This document shows positions 54,200 to 62,361 of a stretch of DNA of 64,000 nt, one piece after another. Source of the DNA: Candidatus Brocadiales bacterium (GTDB taxonomy: Bacteria; Planctomycetota; Brocadiia; Brocadiales; Bathyanammoxibiaceae); NCBI GenBank assembly GCA_046758865.1, contig JBHIBD010000002.1, positions 4,128 through 68,127 of the forward strand, read 5' to 3'. The notes under the pieces were generated by a model. It worked only from the letters and a program-made list of their open reading frames with translations, was not told where the DNA came from and did not search any database. A program made the translations under genes and the position numbers. Numbering within the stretch: position 1 is the stretch's first letter; every line of letters begins with the position of its first letter.

Positions 54200-54347
54200 G
54201 AGCCTGTCAATTCTATAGCAATAGACTTCAAAGAAGATGCATTCTCGATATCTCTAGAAGAGCTCTCCCTAATAAGGGCCAAGCATCTGGAGGCCGCACG
54301 GCGATCTGCGCTGAGTGATATACCTATAGCCACCTCTGTGAATAAGG
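54145..54347 (+). pseudogene. 5' fragment copy B of the cluster-2 oxidoreductase gene (leader plus ~52 codons)
   Basis: Aligns to 54782-54984 at offset 637. ORF 54191 encodes MRREPVNSIAIDFKEDAFSISLEELSLIRAKHLEAARRSA.. Confidence 0.8.
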
Positions 54348-54348
54348 G

Positions 54349-54544
54349 ACTTTGTAAGAGTCCCATTCTATCTAACTGTGTAAAGGAGGGGACCGACAAT
54401 GCCACTTAGGGGCGAGACGGACGCTACTGTTTCATTTTCTAAGGAGATGAAGGTAAAGGCCAAGGATAAAGAGGTCAATGGTAAGGGCATCATAGAGCTG
54501 TTAACACTTGGCGCTGAGCAGGGTACTGATATACGCATCATTGC
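54349..54544 (+). pseudogene. Chimeric fragment: RBS plus first ~12 codons of the 123-aa ORF joined to a 99-bp internal piece of the HPr gene
   Basis: 54349-54435 resembles 52796-52883. 54446-54544 aligns to 3951-4049 (KVKAKDKEVNGK..IELLTLGAE.GTDIRI). Confidence 0.8.
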
Positions 54545-54584
54545 TAGACGAAAATGTCTTAATTGTAAACGGTGTAAACAATGT

Positions 54585-54768
54585 GAGAGGGAAAATATGC
54601 ACAGAGAACCTGCCAATTCTATAACAATAAACTTCAAGGAAGGTGCATTCTCGATATCTCTGGAAGAGCTCTCCCTGATGAGGGCCAAGTAACCACAGAG
54701 GCCGCACGGCAGCCTCCAGGGCGGACCTATGAGCCCAGAGATTCCTGTGAATTAGCTTCTTTCAGAGG
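54585..54768 (+). pseudogene. 5' fragment copy C of the cluster-2 oxidoreductase gene joined to the 3' end of the 123-aa ORF
   Basis: 54597 ATG...MHREPANSITINFKEGAFSISLEELSLMRAK. 54711-54768 resembles 53173-53230 (SLQGGPMS.EIP). Confidence 0.75.
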
Positions 54769-54827
54769 AGTGGATAGTCTTAAAAATGGTAAGTGGTGAT
54801 AGTCTCATTTTCTTATAAAGGGAAGAT

Positions 54828-56795
54828 ATGCGCAGAGAGCCTGTCAGTTCTATAACAATAAACTTCAAGGAAGAAGCATTCTCAATATCTCTAGAAGAGC
54901 TCTCCCTGATGAGGGCCAAGCATCTGGAGGCCGCGCGGCAATCTGCGCGGAGCGATATACCTATAGCCACCTCTGTGGATAAGGAATGGTTTAGTGAAAA
55001 TGTACCCTGTCGCCGCACCTGTCCGGCTCGCACCAATGCCAGGGGCTATGTAATGGCCATTGCTGAAGGCAGGTACCAGGAGGCCTATCTGATTGCCAGG
55101 AGGAATAACCCCTTTGTTTCCGTCTGCGGCAAGGTCTGTGGTGCGCCCTGTGAGTCGGCCTGCCGGAGGGGCAAGGTGGATGAGGCGGTATCTATAAGGG
55201 CCTTGAAGGATTTTGCCGTAGAAAGCAACCGCCTGAGTACTGAAGAGGTTTATCGCTGGCTGGGGCAGAAGATGGAGAGGGTGGTGCCGGTGGTGAGGGG
55301 GAGGAAGTCTCCCCGTCTCGTTTCAGTTTGTAGTGAGCGCACTCTTTCAAGCCAACCCGTTTGCTCCCCGGCCCGGGTGGCAATAGTTGGTGCGGGGCCC
55401 GCCGGTCTTTCGGCCGCCCATGACCTGACCCTCATGGGCTATCAGGTAAAGCTCTATGAGGCCAGCAGTAACCCTGGTGGTATGCCTGCCAATGCACTGC
55501 CCTTCTTCAGGCTGGATAGAGAGGCGGTGAGGAAGGATGTGGAATCCATACTCTCTCTGGGCATAGAGCTGGAAGTTAATAAGGTCTGCGGAAAGGACTT
55601 CAGCATTGACCAGCTCTGGGAGGAGTTTGATGCAGTCCTTATAGCAGTGGGGCTCCAGAAGGGGAGGGTTATCCCCATCCCAGGGGTGGAGTTGTCGGGG
55701 GTCTTATCGGGGTTGGACCTCTTGATGGACGTAGCGGCTGGCCGAAAGGTTACTTTGAGTCAGAAGGTAATGGTAGTGGGAGGGGGATGCGTGGCTACGG
55801 ATGTAGCCAGGGCAGCGGTGAGATTGGACTCCACCAGGGAGGTGCACCTGGTATGCCTAGAGGCCATGAAGGGCTGTAGACCCGATGATCCCAGGGAGGA
55901 GATGCCTGCCTGGGTCGGTGACGTTGTAGATAGTAAGGAGGAAGGAATCATCTTTGATACCTCCTGTAGCCCCAAGAGGGTGGTGGGTCAGAATGGCAGG
56001 GTCAAAGGTCTAGAGGTGATAAGGGTAAGCTCTGTTTACGACTCTGAGGGTCGTTTCAAACCCACCTATATCCCAGGTACAGAACGTATCATAGAATGCG
56101 AGAACATCCTCTGGGCCGTGGGTCAGGCCCCTGATATGAGTTTCCTGGAAGGTAGTCAGGGTTTTGAGCTTAACCAGAGGAAGATGCTAAAGGTAGACCC
56201 CGTTACCCAGGCCACTTCCAAGCCTGGAGTCTTTGCCTGTGGTGACATCCTGGGTCCTGGCCTGGTAATAGACGCAGTAGCCTCGGGTCAACGGGCTGCC
56301 CAGGCCATCCATCAGTACCTGGGAGGTAGCGGCTTCCTGGGGTTGAGCAGACAGGTGCGCATGGAGGCTATACCCGTTCCCCGTAGGTTTGAGAGGTTCT
56401 TCCCCGGAATCTCCTTGAAAAGGCTACTTCCTGCCCTGCTGCCTCCCAAGGAGAGGCTCAAGGGATGGGAGGCCGCAGAGATACCTTACTCGGAATACGA
56501 TGCCCGGGAACAGGGCCGGCGGTGCCTCAACTGCAATGTCAGCCCGATAATAGGGCGGGAGAGGCCGTGTATCCTCTGTGGGGGTTGTGTAGACGTCTGC
56601 CCCACCAGGGCTATCTCTATGGTCTATCTGGATGATTCAGTGGTGAAAGAGTCAGCCCTCTTGGATGGCGGGGCAGGTGGTGGGCCCTGGGTAGGGCTGA
56701 CAAAAGATGAGGAGCTTTGCATCCACTGCGGGCTGTGTGACTATCGCTGTCCTGTTGATGCCATTTCAATGGTGAAGTTTGAGGAAATCTTGTAG
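54828..56795 (+). CDS. GltD-like FAD/NAD(P)-binding oxidoreductase with FeS domains (cluster 2)
   Basis: Paralogue of 45390-47288. VAIVGAGPAGLSAAHDL, CILCGGCVDVCP, CIHCGLCDYRCP. Confidence 0.85.
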   Translation: MRREPVSSITINFKEEAFSISLEELSLMRAKHLEAARQSARSDIPIATSVDKEWFSENVPCRRTCPARTNARGYVMAIAEGRYQEAYLIARRNNPFVSVCGKVCGAPCESACRRGKVDEAVSIRALKDFAVESNRLSTEEVYRWLGQKMERVVPVVRGRKSPRLVSVCSERTLSSQPVCSPARVAIVGAGPAGLSAAHDLTLMGYQVKLYEASSNPGGMPANALPFFRLDREAVRKDVESILSLGIELEVNKVCGKDFSIDQLWEEFDAVLIAVGLQKGRVIPIPGVELSGVLSGLDLLMDVAAGRKVTLSQKVMVVGGGCVATDVARAAVRLDSTREVHLVCLEAMKGCRPDDPREEMPAWVGDVVDSKEEGIIFDTSCSPKRVVGQNGRVKGLEVIRVSSVYDSEGRFKPTYIPGTERIIECENILWAVGQAPDMSFLEGSQGFELNQRKMLKVDPVTQATSKPGVFACGDILGPGLVIDAVASGQRAAQAIHQYLGGSGFLGLSRQVRMEAIPVPRRFERFFPGISLKRLLPALLPPKERLKGWEAAEIPYSEYDAREQGRRCLNCNVSPIIGRERPCILCGGCVDVCPTRAISMVYLDDSVVKESALLDGGAGGGPWVGLTKDEELCIHCGLCDYRCPVDAISMVKFEEIL

Positions 56796-56809
56796 AGAGG
56801 TCGTATGCG

Positions 56810-57328
56810 ATGTTTAAGTCTAAGTCTATGACTCATAGAGAGGGAGCTATACCCCTGGGGCTCAAGAGGCCCTCCAGACGGCAGGCCCTGTGGACTGCGC
56901 TCTGGTGGAGTGGCTGGGGGGTAATCTTTGGCATGCTCTGTGTTGCAGGGGCAACCCTGGTGCGGTTCCTCTACCCCAGGGCCACTTATGAGCCCTCTAA
57001 GGTCTTTAAGGCCAAGAGGCCTGAGCAGTACGCAATGGGCTCGGTAAACCTGGTGCCCGGCCGAAAGGTCTGGATAATACGGGAAGAGAGGGGCTTTTAT
57101 GCCCTCCTGGCCATATGTACCCATCTGGGTTGCCAGCCGGTGTGGTATGAAAGCCAGCAGATATTTAAATGCCCCTGCCACGGCAGCCGCTTTTATAAGG
57201 ATGGGATAAACTTCGCTGGCCCGGCCCCCAGGCCCCTGGAGCGCATGGAGATTACCTTGGCTAGCGATGGGCGGCTGGTGGTGAATGAGGGCAAGGCAGT
57301 GGATATAGACTACTTCCTGAATGTCTAG
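56810..57328 (+). CDS. Rieske [2Fe-2S] subunit (cluster 2)
   Basis: CTHLGC and CPCHGS boxes, SRRQAL Tat-like motif. Confidence 0.9.
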   Translation: MFKSKSMTHREGAIPLGLKRPSRRQALWTALWWSGWGVIFGMLCVAGATLVRFLYPRATYEPSKVFKAKRPEQYAMGSVNLVPGRKVWIIREERGFYALLAICTHLGCQPVWYESQQIFKCPCHGSRFYKDGINFAGPAPRPLERMEITLASDGRLVVNEGKAVDIDYFLNV

Positions 57329-57351
57329 CTATTCCTTTTAGGAGGAGAGCG

Positions 57352-58086
57352 ATGAATATATTCGTCCAGATATGGAGGTCTATATTCAGGACTGGTGTCT
57401 CTGACAGCCCCCTCCACCGGGTCTTCCGGGTGGTGGCAAATTTTATCCTCCATATCCATCCGTCCCGGGTGAGCAAGGAAGGCATAAAGTTTAATTACAC
57501 CTTCTGCCTGGGTGGGCTCAGCCTCTTCTTTTTTGTAGTCACTGCCATAACCGGTGGGTTTCTGATGATTTATTATGTACCCGATGTGGATAAGGCCTAT
57601 TCCAGCATGAAGGACCTGGACGATGTAGTACCTTTCGGCACATTTCAGAGAAACCTCCACCGCTGGGCAGCCCACCTGATGGTCGTCTTTGTGCCCCTGC
57701 ACATGCTAAGGGTATTTTTGACCAGCTCTTATAAACCACCCAGAGAGTTTAACTGGGTCATCGGGGTGGGCCTGCTTATGATAACCTTCTTGCTCAGTTT
57801 TACGGGCTATCTACTGCCATGGGACCAGTTGTCTTTTTGGGCAGTAACGGTAGGAGCTACCATGGGGGAAAATACCCCTCTTCTGGGCGCTAAAGGCCCT
57901 TTTAGCCTCTTGGGTCCGGAAGAGGATGTCCATTTTATCCTTTTGGGTGGCACCGCCATAGACCAGCCTACCCTCATCCGCTTTTATTTTGCCCACTGTG
58001 TGGGCCTGCCAGGGGCCGCAGCGGGATTAATGGCCATCCACTTCTGGAGGATTAGAAAGGCAGGAGGCATCTCTAGGCCCTTGTAG
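57352..58086 (+). CDS. Cytochrome b6-like subunit (cluster 2)
   Basis: H-x13-H, H-x14-H, FCLGG. 38 aa longer at the N-terminus than copy 1. Confidence 0.9.
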   Translation: MNIFVQIWRSIFRTGVSDSPLHRVFRVVANFILHIHPSRVSKEGIKFNYTFCLGGLSLFFFVVTAITGGFLMIYYVPDVDKAYSSMKDLDDVVPFGTFQRNLHRWAAHLMVVFVPLHMLRVFLTSSYKPPREFNWVIGVGLLMITFLLSFTGYLLPWDQLSFWAVTVGATMGENTPLLGAKGPFSLLGPEEDVHFILLGGTAIDQPTLIRFYFAHCVGLPGAAAGLMAIHFWRIRKAGGISRPL

Positions 58087-58098
58087 TGTCTTAGACCA

Positions 58099-58875
58099 AT
58101 GGCTGAGAAAACAGAAAGCAAAGAAAAGGTTAGACTCCTTACCGTGGTGAGAGAGGACGTCCTGCTCAGGCAGCGGGATGTCTATCCTAAGGAAGTGAAG
58201 GTAGACACCTGGCCCCACTTGGTGAAGAGGGAACTCATAGCCCTGCTGGCGGCCTCCGTAGTGCTGATGGTCTGGAGCCTGGTACAGGATGCCCCCCTGG
58301 AGGAGCTGGCCAATCCTAGTGAGACCCCCAAGGAGGCCAAGGCCCCCTGGTATTTCGTGGGCCTGCAGGAACTGCTGGTATATTTTGACCCCTGGATAGC
58401 AGGGGTGGTGCTGCCTACGGTCATCCTTATTGGCCTGGCCATTATACCCTATATAGACCCTGACCCTGTAAAGGGGGTGGGCCGCTACACCCTTGGGAAG
58501 AGAAAGTTTGCCGTGTCCTGCTTCATTGGTGGCTTTGCTATGTGGTTTGTCTTGGTGGTAGTGGGACAGTATTTTCGGGGTCCCTTCTGGAGCTTTTACT
58601 GGCCCTGGGAGGGCCGGGAGGTGGTGAAGCCCATGGAGGCGGCCCTGGTCAGTTTCCCCCTGCCAGTAGGCATAGCCTTTCTGGTATGTTATGGGGCCCT
58701 GGTGCTCATCCTCCCTGCTATCTTCTTCAAGAATTTCTTCTTCAGGCTGGGCCTTATACGATATTTCATTACCATGAATCTATTTGCTGGCCTGCTCTTT
58801 GTGCCTATCAAGATATTCCTGAGGCACATCTTGCATGTCAAATACATACTGGTAACCCCCTGGTTTAACGTGTGA
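58099..58875 (+). CDS. Cytochrome b C-terminal / subunit IV-like subunit (cluster 2)
   Basis: KAPWYFVGLQELLVYFDP. Paralogue of 48557-49336. Confidence 0.82.
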   Translation: MAEKTESKEKVRLLTVVREDVLLRQRDVYPKEVKVDTWPHLVKRELIALLAASVVLMVWSLVQDAPLEELANPSETPKEAKAPWYFVGLQELLVYFDPWIAGVVLPTVILIGLAIIPYIDPDPVKGVGRYTLGKRKFAVSCFIGGFAMWFVLVVVGQYFRGPFWSFYWPWEGREVVKPMEAALVSFPLPVGIAFLVCYGALVLILPAIFFKNFFFRLGLIRYFITMNLFAGLLFVPIKIFLRHILHVKYILVTPWFNV

Positions 58876-58887
58876 AGGTAAAGCGAT

Positions 58888-60216
58888 ATGGCATGGAGGA
58901 TACCCTTTGTTGTCTTATCGGTAGCCCTGCTGGGCCTGCTCATCATCTGGATTATCAGGGAGATTAACCCCCAGTGGAAGGGCCATCAGGAGGCCGCTTA
59001 TGCCCAACAGGTGGAGAGACTGGAGCAGGAGTTGGAGAGGTGGTCCGACCCTAAATGGGGGGACCCTGTCACGGCAGAAAAGGTGAGACAGAGGATTGAG
59101 GCCCTAAAAAGACCCCACCTGGGAGTAAAACAGATACTCCTTAAAGGCACCGGGCTCTGGAAGGAGGGGGAAAACGGGGAGAAGGTGGACAGGTGTATGA
59201 CCTGCCATATAGATGAAGACAAATTGGTAGAACTGCACCCCAAAACATTTGATTATTTCCCTTATGACATCTATGGCTGTACGGTCTGCCACGGAGGTCA
59301 TGGCGAATCCCTCCGGCTGGAGAAGGCCCATAAGGGCATGCATACCGACAGGAAAGAGATGATAGGTACGATAGACACCGCTGACGCCGTGCTGGAACTG
59401 TGGAAGGAACTGGCCAAACTCTCCCCGAAGGAGGACCAAAGGGCCTCAGATTATAAGTATTACAGCATAACCGGCGAGAAGGCGGTCTACGTGGGCAGCA
59501 TCACCTGCCTCAGGTGTCACAAGGGCCTCACCACCTGGCACATTAACCGCTGGAAGGACAACAAGTTTGTCACAATGGAACGGGTCAAAAAGGCCAGAGA
59601 TTTTATAGAGGGTGATGAAGACTACAGGAAGAAGTGTTACAAGTGCCATACCACCGGGTACGATGAAGAGAGCGGCAAATATGTAGAGGAAGGTGTGACC
59701 TGTGAGGCCTGCCACGGACCCGGCCAGCTTTACGTTTATTTTATGAGTATGGGAAAGGTAGAAGAGGCCCAGAGGCTCAGCAAGCTGGGCTTTAGCTACG
59801 AGGTCTGTGGCAGATGCCATATGGCCAGGCACCACGAGATGAGGGCTCAATTCCTGGCCAAGATTCAATCCGAAGGCCCGAAGTCCCAGGTTCTGGCGCA
59901 GGAAGTAGAAAAGAAAGAGGCCCTTCAGAAAGAAACCTCTCAGGAAGAGGTGATACCTGTTTCCTTACAGGTGCCCGTATTTGAGGTGTCTCCAGAGATA
60001 TCCCCCTTCTCGGAAGACAACACCATCAGGGAAATTAAACTGGTAATCCCTGAAGTAGGGGCTGCCCCTCCGGCCCAGAAGGCTGAGGAGCAAGAAGCCG
60101 TGTCTTTGGATATAGATAATAGAAGTACCCACAGTGGAAAGGAGGGATTACCCCTTAAAACCCAGACTGAAGCCTTACAAGAAGCAGCGACCACACCTCG
60201 AGGCGAAGACCCATAG
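58888..60216 (+). CDS. Membrane-anchored hexaheme cytochrome c (cluster 2)
   Basis: Six CXXCH motifs (CMTCH, CTVCH, CLRCH, CYKCH, CEACH, CGRCH). Confidence 0.88.
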   Translation: MAWRIPFVVLSVALLGLLIIWIIREINPQWKGHQEAAYAQQVERLEQELERWSDPKWGDPVTAEKVRQRIEALKRPHLGVKQILLKGTGLWKEGENGEKVDRCMTCHIDEDKLVELHPKTFDYFPYDIYGCTVCHGGHGESLRLEKAHKGMHTDRKEMIGTIDTADAVLELWKELAKLSPKEDQRASDYKYYSITGEKAVYVGSITCLRCHKGLTTWHINRWKDNKFVTMERVKKARDFIEGDEDYRKKCYKCHTTGYDEESGKYVEEGVTCEACHGPGQLYVYFMSMGKVEEAQRLSKLGFSYEVCGRCHMARHHEMRAQFLAKIQSEGPKSQVLAQEVEKKEALQKETSQEEVIPVSLQVPVFEVSPEISPFSEDNTIREIKLVIPEVGAAPPAQKAEEQEAVSLDIDNRSTHSGKEGLPLKTQTEALQEAATTPRGEDP

Positions 60217-60269
60217 TCCCCAGGGAGGTTAAGTGGGAGTAGAAAAAACCTTATAAGGAGGGAAGCGTT

Positions 60270-61877
60270 ATGAGATTACTGTTCATCATAGGGTTGGCCA
60301 CAGCAGTTATTTTGCTAGGGCCGAGTCAAGTCCAGGCCCAACAGGCCCCTGAGGGGAAGTCTTATACCTATCCCTCAGAGTCTCTTAAGAAGATGTACGA
60401 AGAGCACGTGGGGCTGGATAAGGGAGATGGCCCCTTTGCTGAGGCCTATAAGCCCATACCTCTCTACATGTATATGAGTCCTGCCAGGCACTACATACGG
60501 CCAGACATCAAGATGTTTGCTGAGCTGCTGGAAAAATTTCAGCCCGAGCAGTGTATAGAATGCCACACCGAGGTCACCCCGGGGATAGTCAAGGCTTGGC
60601 AGAGCTCCACCCATGCCCAGCCCAAGAAAAATGGGTATTTCGCCGCAAAGACCGCTGAGATAGAGAAGCGCCTGGGACGGGAGATAAAAGAGGTATACTG
60701 TGGGGATTGCCACGGCAAGAACCATGATGTGCTGCAGATGCCCACCGTGGATAATTCCTGCGGAGAGTGCCATGTGCAGCAGGCAGAGGAGTTTGCCTCT
60801 GAGAGGGAGTATGGTCGGCCCAACCACATCCAGAGTTGGGAGTCCAACGTGGTGGTGCCCTGGTATATAGAGATATACCGCCAGGGGGAGGGCGCCTCCC
60901 TGATAGGCTGTGACCTGTGCCATGTGGAGATGGCCAGATGCGACGGATGCCACACCAGGCATAGCTTCTCAGCCGCTGAGGGCAGGAGGCCCCAGGCATG
61001 CGGTAGTTGCCACATGGGACCAGACCACCCCGATAGGGAGACCTACAGCTATTCTAAGATGGGCACTATTTACGACCTGGAGGGTGAACACTGGCCCTGG
61101 GACAAGCCCTTGAAGGATGTCGTTCCTGGAGAGGACTATAAGAGCCCCACCTGTCAGTATTGCCATATGTATAAGGGGGGTGGGGAATGGTGGATTAACC
61201 CCGTCAGCAAGGGCATCTGGCGCATGGGCACCGTACCTCCGAAGGAGGTAGAGTATCAGTCCAGCCTCAAGGATTATCCCTACGGAATTACTATCCCTCC
61301 TTTGAATAAGAAGCTGGAGATATATTCCCCACAGAATCTCCAGAAACGAGAGCAGTGGATAGAACTGTGTGGCAGGTGCCACAGCAGCCGCTTTGCCCGA
61401 CTGTGGCTGGAAAACCTTGACCAGTATATGTTCCTGTCCTTCAAGAAGCAAGACCAGGCCCAGAAGATACTTGATGAGGTCATTGCCGAGGGGCTGCTTG
61501 ACCCAGCTCCTGGAGACAGGGCCATCTTCCCTATGGGGGATGTACTGGCCGAGGCCCTGGGTCCAGATAATTTAGGGATGGGTATCTACAAGGCCTTTAA
61601 GGAGAGTAAGGGGCATATCCCTGTAGTAGGCCCCATCCTGGGGGTCTACTCTGCTTTCATCACGGGACCCGGCAATCCCAGTACTATAGAGAGGGAGTAC
61701 TCGGAGATGTGGTTCTGGTACAAGCTCAAGGGCTACAAGGGCACAGCCCATGCCCAGCAGGACTACTCCTGGTGGTATGGTTGGTCACACATGATTGGTT
61801 CACTAGCCCACATCCAGGATGAGGCCGACAAGCTCAGGAGGCTCAAGGCCCTGGAGGTGACAACCAAGCTTAAGTAA
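60270..61877 (+). CDS. Octaheme HAO-like cytochrome c (cluster 2)
   Basis: Signal peptide and eight CXXCH motifs (CIECH, CGDCH, CGECH, CDLCH, CDGCH, CGSCH, CQYCH, CGRCH). Confidence 0.88.
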   Translation: MRLLFIIGLATAVILLGPSQVQAQQAPEGKSYTYPSESLKKMYEEHVGLDKGDGPFAEAYKPIPLYMYMSPARHYIRPDIKMFAELLEKFQPEQCIECHTEVTPGIVKAWQSSTHAQPKKNGYFAAKTAEIEKRLGREIKEVYCGDCHGKNHDVLQMPTVDNSCGECHVQQAEEFASEREYGRPNHIQSWESNVVVPWYIEIYRQGEGASLIGCDLCHVEMARCDGCHTRHSFSAAEGRRPQACGSCHMGPDHPDRETYSYSKMGTIYDLEGEHWPWDKPLKDVVPGEDYKSPTCQYCHMYKGGGEWWINPVSKGIWRMGTVPPKEVEYQSSLKDYPYGITIPPLNKKLEIYSPQNLQKREQWIELCGRCHSSRFARLWLENLDQYMFLSFKKQDQAQKILDEVIAEGLLDPAPGDRAIFPMGDVLAEALGPDNLGMGIYKAFKESKGHIPVVGPILGVYSAFITGPGNPSTIEREYSEMWFWYKLKGYKGTAHAQQDYSWWYGWSHMIGSLAHIQDEADKLRRLKALEVTTKLK

Positions 61878-62129
61878 GTCACCCCACTGGTGACTGAGGA
61901 GAGGGCCCCCCCTGCCCCAGGCATGCCAACCTGGGTCAGACAGAGCCCACCTCTGTAAGTCCACCCTCCGTGTGGGTAAGGGCTCTCTCCTTTTCTATCA
62001 TAAATATGCGTGCCCATTTCGCATGTGTCGGGTTTTTCGGAGGGTTCGTATGGTTTAAGGCCCATTTCTACGGGTGTTTGTTTTCTCTCCGGGGTGCAGG
62101 TTCGGGGGGTTTAGGTAACTTAATAGTTT

Positions 62130-62340
62130 TTGTATTGAGAGCTGTGAAAAAGTTTATAGTACCGTTTTAAATCTTCCCCCTCCCTTGAGGGGAGGGGGAC
62201 AGGGGGAGGGTGATGCCAGAACATTCTAAATATTCCTGGTGTAAGTGAATATGTCAAGGTTAACAACCACCCCCACCCTTACCCTCCCCCCTCAAGGGGG
62301 AGGGAGAACTGGGTTTGAACCCCTGGAAAAGACACTTTTG
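62130..62340. mobile_element. ~200-bp MITE-like insertion with CCCCCTCCCTTGAGGGGAGGGGG / CCCTCCCCCCTCAAGGGGGAGGG hairpin ends
   Basis: Absent from the homologous position in copy 1 (52785-52795). Flanked by TTTTG on both sides. Confidence 0.6.
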
Positions 62341-62361
62341 CAGAGGTCTCATTGGACTTTT

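Noticed and set aside
53760-54218. Twin 67-aa ORFs (53760-53963 and 54015-54218) as real duplicated small genes
   Set aside because: They consist of a Tat signal peptide with no mature domain and end in the reiterated oxidoreductase leader. They are better explained as gene-fragment debris inside a 255-bp tandem repeat.
53690-54830. CRISPR array or diversity-generating retroelement (TR/VR) as an explanation for the near-identical repeats
   Set aside because: The repeat units are 255 bp or irregular, with no short repeat/spacer periodicity and no cas genes. There is no reverse transcriptase in the window, and the differences between copies are not restricted to adenines.
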